Shown here piece by piece: positions 11,305 through 24,144 of a DNA stretch of 64,000 nt. Source of the stretch: Eledone cirrhosa (Eukaryota); contig OZ024753.1 in assembly GCA_964016885.1 (NCBI GenBank), positions 21,390,001-21,454,000 of the forward strand, given 5' to 3'. Within the stretch, counting starts at the first letter, position 1; each line of letters starts with the position of its first letter. The notes under the pieces are model-generated. The model saw nothing but the letters and a program-made list of their open reading frames with translations. It made no database searches and had not been told where the DNA came from. The translations under genes were made by a program, and so were the position numbers.

Positions 11305-12628
11305 TCCCTAACTCCAGCTGCTGTGACCAACTTATCGAATGTCTTGAAGACATCACCCAGATCACTCATGGGTGGATGTTGTTTACCTTCACTTTGCAAA
11401 AGCTTTCAACTCTGTGCCACACAAAAGACTTATGGCAAAACTCTCTGGGTGTGAAGGATGATCTTTTTAACTGGTTGAAGTCCTTCATTCTCAGTAGAGG
11501 GGAGAGGCAGTCATGGTTCTAGGACAGCATTCCTCACCATATGAGATGTGATCTGGTGTACCACAGGGATCTGTTCCTGGCCCCCTTTTGTTTGTGGCAT
11601 ATATTAATGACATAGATGCCAACTTAAAGAATGCCACAGTACTGAAATATGCAGATGACATCAAGCTGTACCTTGAGATTAAAAGGACAGATCCTGAACA
11701 CTATAGATCTTGCCTGCAATCTGACCTGGACACAATGTAACAATGGATCACAGACTGGCAACTCAAGCTAGCTGTGGACAAGTGTACCACCATGCATTTT
11801 GGGAGTAAAAACCCAGCGTCCACATACTCCCTCCACAACACTAATATCAAGAAGTCTTCTTGTGAATGTGACCTGGGCATTACTTTCAGCAGCGATTTGC
11901 GTTGGACGAAGCATGTCTCTAAAATTGTCAAGAAGGCCGAGGGTATCTTAGCTTCACTCAGCAAGACCTTTGTCAGCGCTCCCAGCTATCTATTTAAAGC
12001 TGTATATAGCTATGGTGCGGTCACACTTAGAATTTGCATCACCAGTCTGGAACCCCTATCTTGCTCAGAACATTGACCGCCTGGAAACTGTTCAGAGACG
12101 TGCAACCAAGGCGAATACCCTCCAAATACCCAACATCAGGCATCTACCATACTCTGAATGCCTTGCTTCCCTTGGCATGGATACATTGAAGCTCTGACGT
12201 CTGGCAACTGACTTGGTAAACACCCACAAAATTATTAACCATCTTGCTAACAACAACCCTGAGTACCTTTTTGATCTTCATGTGTCTAACACACGTGGGC
12301 ATGCCCACAAAGTCAGAAAACAGCACAGTTCCCATGACTTTCGGAAACATTGTTTCATGCTCAGAGTTGCTGAAGCATGGAACAAATTACCTGCATCAGT
12401 TGTTAGCTATTGAGACACTGCATCCTTTAAAACCTCATGCTTCCTGAGATTTGCCAACACTACACCTAATATTCCCCCTCCATACACACACACACATGTA
12501 TATCATGACTCATACACTATTCACTTCCCTGACATTTGTATATTATTCTATGTACTATACATGCACCTTTGATGAGTTGTAGTGCACCTGAGCACTGTAC
12601 ACAATAATTTCATTAAATTATTCATTTC
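11305..12628 (+). mobile_element. CR1-clade LINE, 5'-truncated RT and 3' end
   Basis: SGVPQGSVPGPLLFVAYINDID...KYADDIKLY; VRSHLEFASPVWNPY...LETVQRRATK; NTRGHAHKV...RVAEAWNKLP, all typical of CR1 C-termini. Several stops. Confidence 0.88.
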
Positions 12629-12669
12629 ATTTTTTTTTTTTACGTCCGCTTTTCCCTGCTTGCAAGGTA

Positions 12670-12782
12670 TCGAGGTTGACTTTGCCTTTCATCCTTACGG
12701 GGTCGATAAAATAAAAGTACCAGTAATGCACTGGGTAATTGCTGGCCTTGTGCCTAAAGTAGAAACAATTATTATTATTATT
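12670..12782 (+). mobile_element. 5'-truncated SINE S1 whose (ATT)n tail abuts the next LINE
   Basis: GAGGTTGACTTTGCCTTTCATCC...GGCCTTGTGCCTAAAGTAGAAACA-(ATT)n. Confidence 0.85.
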
Positions 12783-15700
12783 GTTAGACTGCTGGCCATC
12801 TACGCCCCTACAGGGGCCGGACGACTGGACTTCTTTAGGCGCCTGGAGACCTTTCTGGGTACGTCTCGCCCTTTACTGTTAGCAGGGGACTGGAATGGCA
12901 TCTAAGATGCACGCTGGGATTGTGTGGGAGTAGCCGATAGGAGCGGGGGGGTGCAAAAGCCTCCAGCACCTACTCAGCCAGTTCCAACTGTCTGACAGGT
13001 ATCGACTAGATTTCCCCAATGTGCCAGTATGGACATGGACCAACCGAATGGGGTTATCTAGATTGTATATAGATGGGATCTTCATTAGGAAAATAGATAG
13101 AAATAGTGTGGGCTGCCCACTTTTTAAAACAGTTGCCTATTCAGATCACAAATTTGTGATCTGTACGGTCGACCTAGATAAAACGCGTAGGTTAGGACCG
13201 AGTTACTGGAAGCTGAACATGTCATTTCCGGCACGTAAGGCTTACAGGGACCGAGTCAACAATTTAGTTAAGAAAAAGTTGACAGGGGCGATCATCAACA
13301 ACAGATGGTGGGGGGCTCTCAAAAGAGAGATTAGAGTAACTTCGATAGAGTTCAGTAAAAAACTAGCGATAGAGAGGAGGGGGAGCTGGTAGATAAGTTA
13401 GACGAGGCTATTTGTAGTGGCATTGCAACTGACATGCTAGCGGCGAGAATGGCATTAGACCATTTCTTCAATGAGAAACATGAAGGTTGCATCGTCAGAG
13501 CTAAGGCGCGTGCGCTGAGAAACGAGGGAGCCAAAGCTGTTCGATGGGCCCGCGTGGCGGAGGTGCAGCGTGGTAATAAAACCACAATTCGGTCTTTGGC
13601 GAACTGAGACGGACACGAGATAAGCGATTCCAAGAGGATGTGTGAGGCCTTTGGCCAGCACTTTGCTCGGTTGTTCAGGGAGAGTGGCGAGTCAGAGAGA
13701 GTAGCGGATTTCAGTCCGTATCTTGACGGCTTGATGCGCATCTCGACAGCCGACGCTGAGCACTGCGAAAGGCCGATTACTTCAGCCAAAATTCAGGACG
13801 CCCTTGTCGGCTGCATGAGGCGCAATTCACCCGGTTTCGATGGCCTGCCCTGTGAGCTTTACGTAAATATTCCAGACTTGTTCTCCGATCTCCTTGAAGC
13901 ACTCTACAGCAACTGGCAGCAGAATGGGAGTATTCCCAGTTCTGTGAGCAGGGGGGTGGTGACGCTCATAAGGAAAGACGAGAACAAGAGGGATACATTA
14001 GACAACTTCAGGCCCATAACTCTGCTCAACACAGAGTTTAAGATTTTGGCCAAGGTGTTAGCAAAGAGTTTGGCGCTTGTCGTCTAGGATTTGGTTGGGG
14101 AGGCGCAAACTTGCGCAATCCCAGCCAGGTCCATACACGACAATCTCCACCTCATGCGATACATCATAGAGAGGGTAGGGTGTAAACCTGGCTTCGGTGG
14201 GGCACTGATCAATTTAGATCAATCGAAAGCATTCGATAGGGTCGACCATCGGTATCTGGAGTTTGTCCTCAAAGCAGCTGGCTTCGGCCCTGTCTTCAGA
14301 AGCTGGATCGCTGCAATGCACAGCGGCACACGCTCAGTGGTCAAGGTTAATGGCCACCTCTCGCGACCATTTCGGTTCTCTTGATCGGTCCATCAAGGGT
14401 GCCCTCTCTCTTCCCTTCTGTACGTATTGACTCTCGAGCCTTTACTGCGGAAGCTGGAGCTGTTGCAGGGCATCCCGCTTGAACCAGGACGTGGAAGGCG
14501 GTGTTGGTTTATGCGGAAGACATCACCGTGATGGTGTCGGACACCTCAGAAATCGAGGTGGTCGGCACCTTATTGAAGGAATATGAAAGGTTGACAGGAG
14601 CCAAACTTAACCCGGAAAGCGGTGGGCTTGCAGCTCGGAACCTGGAAAGGCAAGCCCATGCCATCCAAGAGTGTCGTGGGGCGCTGGACGGACGGACCGG
14701 TAAAGTTGCTCGAGGTTTGGTTCGGACCAGACCTCCAGGTGGAAAAGAATTGGGACGAGGTAATGAGCAGAGTAGCCAGTCTCACCCATAAATGGGCTGG
14801 GAGGAAGCTATCACTGAAAGGTCGCGCGGAGGTGGCGAATGCATACATCACATCCGTCATATACTACCGCCTGACCGTCGTGCCTTGCTCCCGTCCACGC
14901 CTCATCAAGTTGGAAAGGCTCCTCTTCAAATTCTTGTGGAGGGGACAAGTTCCGTTGGTGAGGCGGTCCATCTGCTGCCAGCACCCTCTACGCGGAGGTC
15001 TGGGCATGCCATGGCTAATGATGCGTAGACATGCGTTGAGGCTGCGACATCTCCAGATATTCTGCCTCAACGGTGAACAGGTGTGGTCGCCGTTTATCAG
15101 ATGGGCCTTTCCGCAACTCATTTCTTTGACTGAGCTGCAGTCCTGGGTCAAGAAGAGACCGAGACTGGGTGACTGGCACCTGGAATGTTGCCAGGCACTC
15201 ACTGCCCTCTACCAAGCGGGTAATGTGATCAGTGGAACTTCCACTCTCGAGTTCTATAGAGGATTAGTGGTGGGCAAGTGTGATGACGCACTTGGAGAAG
15301 CTTTGGGCCTTGACGAAGTCGAACTGACCAGTCTGTACCGGAGGACTTTTGAGCCGGGGACGATGGACAATTTCCAGAAATCCCTTGTTTGGCAGTGCTA
15401 CCGGAGGGGCATTGCAGGTTCGGCATAAACTCTACAGGCACGGAAGTGCTGTCAGACGGACCTGCCCAAGATGCGCACAGAATGACGAAACCGTTCTGCA
15501 CGCACTTGTCCAATGTCCATGCATTACTGACTTGTGGAGTTATGTCGAACAGCTACTGTCGCGTGTGGAACGAATCCGGCTATCGGCCGAGTCCATAGTG
15601 AAGATCGACCCGCCGCCTTCCTTAGGTCAGGAAGAGCAGGAAATTTTCCTCTGTCTGGTGGCAGTTGCGAAAGAGGTTATATGGTAGACCAGGTTAAAAG

Positions 15701-16159
15701 GACTGAAGACAGACACTTTTCTCTTCGGCCAATCCCTCATCAACTTCTTCAAGTTTCACCTGGAAAGGAAGGTGAGGGTGGAGAGAGAAGTGTTGCCCCC
15801 CAGTACATTTGCTAAAAGGTGGGTGAATGTGGCGAGAATGGCTCGTGTGAAAGGGCCTACTCTGACAATGCGCCTATAGGCTAGCTAACTTGAGGAGAGG
15901 GGTGCTCTCCCTGGGTGCCCTAGAAGTGCAGGGTGGTTCAGGATTGGTGGGGTACCCGAGTCACTCCAGGGTTATCCACCCTCTATCGGGGAATTTATTT
16001 TGTTATATTTATGCATAGTTTATTTTTCTATTTTTATATCTTCATTGTTAAATTAGTCTTGCCATTGTGCACTTTTACTCGACCTTATTGTAAACCCCCA
16101 CTGTCCCTGTCTTTGTATTGTCCCCTACATGTCGGCCCTTGTGGCTAATAAATGAAATC
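12783..16159 (+). mobile_element. 5'-truncated Tx1-like LINE, copy 2, in (ATT)n
   Basis: Starts mid-endonuclease (RLLAIYAPTG...GDWNG). RT motifs NLDQSKAFDRVDH, QGCPLS, YAED; CPRCAQNDETVLHALVQC; stop at 15879. Ends GGCCCTTGTGGCTAATAAATGAAATC-(ATT)n. Confidence 0.92.
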
Positions 16160-16174
16160 ATTATTATTATTATT

Positions 16175-16703
16175 GTTCTTTGAGTCTCAGTCATTGATGT
16201 TATTTAACTGGAAAGTTTGTTGAAATGAATATCAAGCTGCTACCTGCAGCCTCAGATATTCAGGATGAATCGGAGGATTCTTGCTGTTCCCAGCAAGCAT
16301 GCTTTTGAAGGGTTCCAAAAAGCGGGACTGGACTAATCTTCTTTAACCATCCTTGGAAACTCTTTGAGATAGTACCTAGTGCACCTATGACAATCGGGAC
16401 GACTCTGACTTCATGGCAGTTCCAAATCCTTTTTAACTCCCACTTTAAGTCCTGGTATCGGTTAATTTTCCCCCTCTCCTTTTCTTGCACTCTCGTGTCA
16501 AATGGGCAGGCTACATCTACAACCAGGCATGATCTTTTTTCCTTGTGCAAAACCACCAGGTCAGGTCTATTGTGTTCTAATTTCTTGCCCGTCTGTATCC
16601 TAAAATCCCATACCACCTTCACCTGATCGTTTTCTATCACCGACTCTGGCTTATGCTCATACCATTTCTTAGAATGTGGTAAATTGTTTACCTTATTGTT
16701 TAC
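16175..16703 (-). mobile_element. R4/Dong-clade non-LTR retrotransposon 3' fragment (restriction-like endonuclease)
   Basis: KWYEHKPESVIENDQVKVVWDFRIQT...HNRPDLVV...VVDVACPFD...KINRYQDLKWELKRIW...VVPIVIGALG is the PD-(D/E)xK RLE of the R4 clade. (TAA)n on both sides, the known Dong target. Confidence 0.85.
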
Positions 16704-16943
16704 ATTATTATTATTATTATTATTATTGGCGACCTACGTAGTAAATCGTATTATCGTGAGCTCCGCAAAAGTTTGTTATTTTCAGTTGTTTAAAATTGCC
16801 ATTTATGGAAAATTTTTATTGTTAACTGTATATAAGTGCACATACATTGTTTTCTGAAAAGGACACTCAAAAAGATTGGGGCCTTGAGCCCAAAATTTAA
16901 ACTTTTATAATTATCAAACAAAAATTTTTCTTTGAAAAAAATC

Positions 16944-18829
16944 ATGGACGAATCAGGGTCACACCCTCCACACAAACTAACACCTCACACCCACACAACC
17001 ATTGTAAATATTACTACGTTTGCCAACACTAAAAATATAAGCAGTAGCAATATTTAAAATTTGTCGCATGCAGACATTCATTTCCCGCCATTACCAATGA
17101 CTGCAGGTGTCGAGCCGCCACCCCCACCACCACCACAGCGACAACAGAAACAAAAGAAATAAATAAATTATCTCGTGACATCGAAATGGATTCACCTAAA
17201 ATGAACTCTTTCACACCGAACACCACTGACGCCACCACCACCACATCTGAAACTAAAATTAACAACAACAGCAACAACAACAATGAGAATAAGAAAACCA
17301 CCCTGTCTTTTGCCAGAGTAGCAAAAAAGTGCGAAGCAATCCAGGTAACTCAGGAGGAATTAGAAGAAGCCAAAAGAATGGTAAAGAAAGATGGGTACAG
17401 GGTTAGCCTCACCCCCCACCTAATAAAATGGAGCATCGGCGCCTATGCACCGTGTCTTATCGGACAATTAACATAAAATTGCGTCGAGTGGAACGGGCCT
17501 CCGAGTCCCAAATCCAAAAAGCTTTGGGACATGTGTGGGCAAAAAAAAACCACATCAGACGTGGGCAGAAATATGGAACTGTGGACGTGTTCTTTGGAAC
17601 ACCATAGGAGGCCAGAGAACACTCCATGGCCCCATTAAGAAGTGACGATTTCACATTCGTCCCAAGCTATTGTGGCCAGAGACTCGTGAAGATCAGGGTG
17701 ACCCACGTTCCACTGGCCATCGAAATTCCCTGGCTAATGGCTGCCATCCTCGCCGGCATCGAGACCAACACTAAAATAATCGAAATAGCGAAAGAAAAGC
17801 AGGAGAACTGGTCGGGATCTGGGATGGAGCTCCTGATCCAAGTGGACCAAAAAAGCATTGAGGAGATCCCAGAGGTAATAGACCTCACTGACGGCAGCCA
17901 CCTCACCGTAATCGTCGAGGGCAGAAGGCCTAGGTGTGTCGTTTGTGGTGAAGGAACCCACCTAAGGGCTTTCTGCCCTCAGGCTAAAAGGTTGAGGCCA
18001 CCTCTCTTACCCACCCCAGTGACTCAACCATCAACACCACCAGCAGCAGAAATGGCAGCAACAACTGTAGCAGCAACAACAAGCAACTGTAACAGCAACA
18101 ACCTCAGCAACAGTAGCAAAACCAAAACCACCACCACCCAACGCACCAGAACTAGCACCGGCGCCTACACCATCCACCACGCCACAACCAAAACCAACGC
18201 CTGTGGAGGATTTTCCACTCCCCGACCTATCGCAACTGGAGACAGATTGTGACGACGAGGAGTGGGAAACTGTATCAGAAAAAAAGAAAAAAAGAAAAAG
18301 AAACCAAAAAAGAAAAAAATCCTCCAAAAACAAAATACAGAGGGAAATAAATAAACTATCAAACAAAAAAGTTAGGACAGCTATGCCACCATCCACACCA
18401 GCATAACCAACCCCATCACCATGAACACCAACACCTTCACCATCATTAACCCCAACACCACCATCACCAACACCACAAAAGTCACCAAAAAGCGAAACAG
18501 AAACAAACCCACAACAAACGCAAGCAAAACAAAACAACCGAAACGATACACACTACACAGCAATAAATTTGAACAACCAATTATTACACTACATCCAACA
18601 CAATGCCAGCATCACAGAAAAAGACTACACAACAACCCAAAATTTCACATCACCTCCACACATACAAATCACTCGCATCACACAGAAAACGTACACGACA
18701 CTAAAACAAAAATTCCCCAAAGACATCGGAGACTTCCGACAAGCACTCTCCAGGAGGATTTATAAGGACATCCTTCCGGAGGAGGCCAGAAGCAGTGAAA
18801 AGGATGGAGAAACCATACTTCCTCTATGA
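16944..18829 (+). pseudogene. Tx1-like ORF1 of copy 3, disrupted
   Basis: VEGRRPRCVVCGEGTHLRAFC zinc knuckle; basic NLS-like stretch EWETVSEKKKKRKR. Confidence 0.8.
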
Positions 18830-18875
18830 GAAGTAAGGTAAGTGGTCTTTCCCATCTTTTCCACTTCATTTCAAC

Positions 18876-21800
18876 ATGACCTCACTCAGAATAGGCAGCA
18901 TAAATGCGCGTGGCTTGGGATCATCATGGAAGCAGGGCCACCTGCTCAACGACCTCAGGTCACTAAACATAGATGTAGTGGCCATCAGCGAGACCAGAAT
19001 CTCCGAAGCACGGGCCCTCGCACCGATCTTCGGCAGCTACGATGTGTACGCATCTCCCAGCCGTCCTGGATCGGGGGAAGGAGTTGCTGTGCTTTTTTGG
19101 AGAGGTTTGGATCTCGTCATACGGGCCAGAGGGTAAGTTGGTGGTGCTGGACGTGACCAGCGGAGACGGGCAAGCTTTCAGGCTAGTGGCCGTCTATGCC
19201 CCGATAGGAGCAGGGTGGCCTGATTTCTTCCGGCGTCTGGAGACCTTTCCTGGAACGTCCCGCTCTTTAGTGTTAATGGGCGACTGGAACAGGATCTTAA
19301 ATGCACGCTGGGACTGTGTGGGATTAGAGGATAGGCGAGGAGGGTGCAAGAGCCTCACCAACCTCTCAGGCATTTTGAACTGTCTGACAGGTACCGATTG
19401 GATTTCCCGAATGTGCCAATGTGGACTTGGACAAATCGCATAGGGTCATCCAGGTCATATCTAGATAGAGTATTTTGTAGGGAAATAGGGAAATGTAGCA
19501 TAGGCTGTCCACAATTCAAGATAGTCAGCTACACGGACCACAAATTTGGGATCTGTGTGCTTGACTTAGATAGGCTTCATAGATGAGGACCCGGCTACTG
19601 GAAGCTAAACACATCCTTACCAGTGCGCAAGGCCTACAGAGACTGGATTAGCGAACTAGTTAAGCGGGCTTTGACGGGGGCCATCGTCAGCAACAAGTGG
19701 TGGTTTGCTCTGCAAAGAGCAATTAGAATAGAGTCCATTAGGTTTAGTAAGGCTTTAGCAATAGAGAAAAATAGAACAGAGGGAGAACTAGTGAGAAAAT
19801 TAGACGAGGCGCTTAGCAAAGGCATTGCGACTGACGTACTTGCGGGGAAATTGGCCCTTAAACAATTTTTCAATGCAAAGCATGAAAGTCGCGTTGTCAG
19901 AGCTAGGGTACGTGCTCTCAGACACGAGGGGACGAAAGTCATTCAATGGGCCCGAGTGGTGGAGGTGCGTCGTGGCAACAAAGCCACGATCCGGTCTGTG
20001 GTGGACCACGACGGGTGCATGCTACTCGATCCCGGGCAAATGTGTGAAAATTTTCAGCGACACTTTGCACAGCTGTTCGGGGGGAGCGGCAGGCCGGATC
20101 AAGGGATGGACTTTAGTGTCTACCTCGACGGACTGCCGCGGCTCTCGGCCACTGAGGTGGAGTGTTGCGAAAAGCTGATAACAGCCGCTGAAGTACGGGA
20201 AGCAATGACTGGCTGCACAAGGAGTAAATCGCCTCGTTTGGATGGTCTGCCCTATGAACTTTACGTACAGATGCCAGACTTGTTCGGAGGTCTCTTGGCG
20301 GACGTCTACTGCAACTGGCAACAGAACGGGAGAATTTCCAACTCTGTGAGCCAAGGAGCGGTGGCGCTGCTGAGAAAGGGTCCGAACAAGGGGGATAACA
20401 TAGATAATTTTAGGCCCATAACTCTGCTAAACACAGAGTTCAAGATTTTGGGCAAGGTGCTAGCCAAGAGGTTGGCGCTTGTCGTTGGTGGTCGGGTGGG
20501 AGAGGCGCAGACATGTGCCATTCCTGACAGATGCATCCACGACAACCTCCACCTCATGCGATACATCGTAGAGAGGGTAGCTAGGGAACCTGGCACGGGT
20601 GGGTCCTTGATCAATTTAGATCAGTCGAAAGCTTTCGATAGGGTCAACCATTGTTACCTAGCAGCAGTCCTGAGCGTGGCTGGCTTTGGACCCGTCTTCA
20701 GAGGCTGGATCGCTGCCATGCACAGCAACATCTGCTCTGTGGTGAGAGTGAACGGTCACCTTTCGGAACCGTTCAACATCATGCGCTCGATCTGCCAAGG
20801 ATGTCCCCTCTAGTCCCTCTTGTACGTATTGACTCTCGAGCCCTTACTGCACAAACTGGAGACGTTAAGGGGGGTTCCGCGCGAACTAGGATGCGGAATA
20901 TCCGTGTCAGCATATGCGGACGATGTCACCGTAGTGGTGTCGAACGCCAAACACATCGAGGCGATCGGCACTTCACTAAGAGAATACGAAGCGGTGACAG
21001 GAGCAATGATCAACCAGGAAAAGTCAGTGGGCCTGCAGCTCGGCACCTGGAGCGGCAGGTCCATGCCGTCTAACAGCGTCGTCGGGCGCTTGACGGACGG
21101 ACCGGTTAAATTGCTAAGGGTCTGGTTCAGTCCGGACCTCCAGACGGACAAAAACTGGGACTAGGTGATGAGCAGGGTGGCTTCTCTCACCCAGAAATGG
21201 GCGGAGAGGAAGCTATCCCTGAAAGGTCGAGCGGAGGTGGCTAACGCGTACATCGCATCCGTCATCTACTACCGCCTGACCGTCGTACCTTGTCCTAAGC
21301 CCCGCCTGACTGCGCTGGAGCGTTTGCTCCTTCGCTTTTTGTGGAAGGGACGCGCTCCGATGGACAGGCGGTCCATCTGCTGTCAACACCTGCTACGTGG
21401 AGGGCTGAGCATGCCGTGACTGATGATGCGCAGAGACGCGCTCAGGCTACGACATCTCCACCTCTTCCTCGACGGTGATCAGGTGTGGTTGCCGTTTGCT
21501 AGACGCGTCTTTCCCCAGCTCGTCTCCTTGACAGAGCTGCAGTCCTGGGTCAAGCGAAGACCGAGACGGAGTGCTTGGAGACTGCAATGTCTTCAGGCGC
21601 TCACAGCCCTCGACCAATCGGGCAATGTGATCGGTGGAAACTCCACCTTGGCGTTCTATAGAGGATTAGTTGAGGGGAAGAACGATGATGTACTTGGGGA
21701 AAATCTAAGCGTCCACGAAAATCAACTAGCCAATCTCTTCGGAAGAACTTTTGGGCCGGGGCCTATGGACAACTTCCAGAAATCCCTGGCCTGGCTGCTA

Positions 21801-22282
21801 CCAAGGAGCTTTGCCAGTTCGGGATAAACTCTACAGGCATGGAGGTGCCGTCAGCCGGGCATGTCCGAGATGCGCACAGGGCGACGAAACCGTCCTACAC
21901 ACACTCGTCCAGTGTCCGAGCATTGCTGACTTGTGGGTTTATGTTAAACACCTGCTGTCGCGTGTAGGACGGATGCAGCGATCAGCTGAGTCCATCGTGA
22001 GGATTGCCCCGCCCTCTTCCTTTAACCGGGAAGGGCAGGCAGTTTTTATTTGTCTGGTGGCCATGGCGAAAGAGATAGTATGGTGGACACATTTGAAAGG
22101 GCTGAAGACGAGCACTTACCTCTTCGGTGATGCCCTGATTAACTTTTTCAAATTTCATTTGAAAAGGAAAATCAGGGTAGGTAGAGAGGGAAGTGCTCTC
22201 TTCCCAGCATTTTGTTGAAAGATGGGTGAGAGAGGCAAGAATGGCCCGAGTGAATGGGCCTACTCTGAGTATGTGTCTGTAA
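18876..22282 (+). pseudogene. Tx1-like ORF2 of copy 3 (EN-RT-CCHC), disrupted
   Basis: MTSLRIGSINARGL...VVAISETR; GDWN; SYLDRVF; YTDH; NFRPITLLNTEFKIL; QGCPL; SAYADD; CPRCAQGDETVLHTLVQC. Confidence 0.93.
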
Positions 22283-22552
22283 ATTAAAGGTGGAAAACTG
22301 GGAGAGGGCACTTGCCCTGTTGATCAGGGTCACTGTGGCCTTTTAATGCGCTTTCTCCACAAATGTCCCTCGGAAGTCTCCCCCCAATTGGGGAATTTTT
22401 AATTGTTATTTTTTTGCTACATCCTCTGTTTTTTTTTTTTTTACATGCAGAAATGCCCATTTGTGCCGTCCTGTATTGTCCTGTACTGTCCTTAATGTCT
22501 ACTTTATGTAAACCCTTGTGGTTAATAAAGAAAGCATTATTATTATTATTAT

Positions 22553-22738
22553 GGCGGTGAATTGGCAGTATCGGTAGAGGGTCGGACGCCATGCTTTGAC
22601 GCATAGAGTTACGGCCCTTGCCATTCTGAGTTCAAATCCCGCCAAGGTTAACTTTGCCTTTCATCCTTACGGGGTCGATAAAATAAAGTACCAGTAATAC
22701 ACTGGGAAATTGCTGGCCTTGTGCCAAAAGTAGAAACA

Positions 22739-22773
<35 letters not shown>
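22553..22773 (+). mobile_element. Full-length SINE S1 with long (ATT)n tail
   Basis: GGCGGTGAATTGGCAGTATCGG...GAGTTCAAATCCC...GGCCTTGTGCCAAAAGTAGAAACA-(ATT)n; also preceded by (ATT)n. Confidence 0.9.
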
Positions 22774-22783
<10 letters not shown>

Positions 22784-22789
22784 TAATGT

Positions 22790-23870
22790 CATGACAAAAA
22801 GCACCCAGCACACACTGTATATGTGGTTGGCATTAGGAAGGGCATCCAACTGTAGAAATTTAGCCAGAAACAGTTCCATATGAGCAAGACACAGTCACCT
22901 GACCCAACTTGCCTCAAATAGGACAGCCCCTCTAACCCATGCTAGCGTGGAAAGTGGATGTTAAACAATGATGATGATGATGATATGTTCATATACATCA
23001 TCATCATCATCATCCCCATACACTAATCAGCTACACCTACCCTTTACTCATTGCCCTACTAAATCTCATACACCTTTAACTTTATACTTTTAACCCTTTC
23101 TCCGCTATTGCTTCCTCTCTTCAGAACTGAGAGGGCTCTACAGTTGGGTCAGTAACCTCTCTAGTGAAGGTATCATGCATATGGTACACTTCGTAAAGAT
23201 GAACAACAGAGTACTCCACTGTAGAAATCATGCCTAAAAGGATTGAGAGGACATGACAGTTTCCCTAGTACTGGTTATCTACACAATAAAAGCACCTCGT
23301 ACTGTAAAGTGGTTGGTGTTAGGAAGGACATCCAGCTGTAGAAAGTTTGCCAAACCCTGGGTTAGGAGGACACTTCAGTTTGTGGTAAAAGACATGACAT
23401 CTTTTTCTCTGCCCTTGATACAACCATATGTAAATGGGTCACAAGCATCTCGGCCTAGCTGACAGGTCTGTAGCTCCACTTCAGTGCTGACTTGGTCTAA
23501 GTAGACTTCTCCAACCCTTGCTAGCAGGGAAAGTGGACATTAAATGATGGCACAGACACACACACAGGGATGTGTAGATAAGGAATTTGCTTTGCAACTA
23601 CATGGTTCTGTATTCAGATTGACAGTCTGACTTCTATAGCTTTGGACAGACCAATACCTAGTGAGTGAAATAGATGACTATCATCATCATCATCATCACC
23701 ATTTAATGTCTATTTTCATGTGTGTTAAACAGGTTAGATCAGTTGTCATGTTATGAGGCTAAACAGGTCAGGTGACCATGTTGTGTTCATATGTTCTATG
23801 GCTGACTACCATTCCTAATGTCAGCCACATTTCAGGATGGACTGGGTGCTTTTTGTTGTGTCATCAGCAA
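22790..23870. mobile_element. Cluster of RTE-tail and SINE remnants ending in (GAT)n
   Basis: AAAGCACCCAG...TTAGGAAGGGCATCC...CCCATGCTAGC..GGAAAGTGGA..TTAAA-(GAT)n modules at 22795-22985 (+), 23290-23550 (+) and 23680-23860 (-). Confidence 0.7.
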
Positions 23871-24144
23871 TTTGAAGGGGAAAGTCAATAAAATCGACCC
23901 CAGTGCGTTACTGGTGCTGTATTTTAACAACCCTTGTAAGGATGAAATCAAAGCTATCCTTGGTGGGATTTGAACTCAGAAGGTAAAGGGACATAACTCT
24001 ATGCCAGAAAGCATGAGCCAACCACATATATAATAGTATATTGACCCAGGAGTAAAATGACCTCAAGACAAAACAAAGAAAAACTAAATCTTGTCTGACA
24101 TTACACCATTGTTTCTGGTATGACACTTCTTCACAATAGTTCAG

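Larger units (their letters stand above)
16728..22535 (+). mobile_element. Full-length but decayed Tx1-like LINE, copy 3, in (ATT)n
   Basis: (ATT)n at 16704-16727 and 22536-22552; ORF1 and ORF2 remnants; ends CCCTTGTGGTTAATAAAGAAAGC. Confidence 0.93.

Noticed and set aside
22553-22645. tRNA genes
   Set aside because: The A and B boxes belong to SINE heads; no cloverleaf could be drawn.
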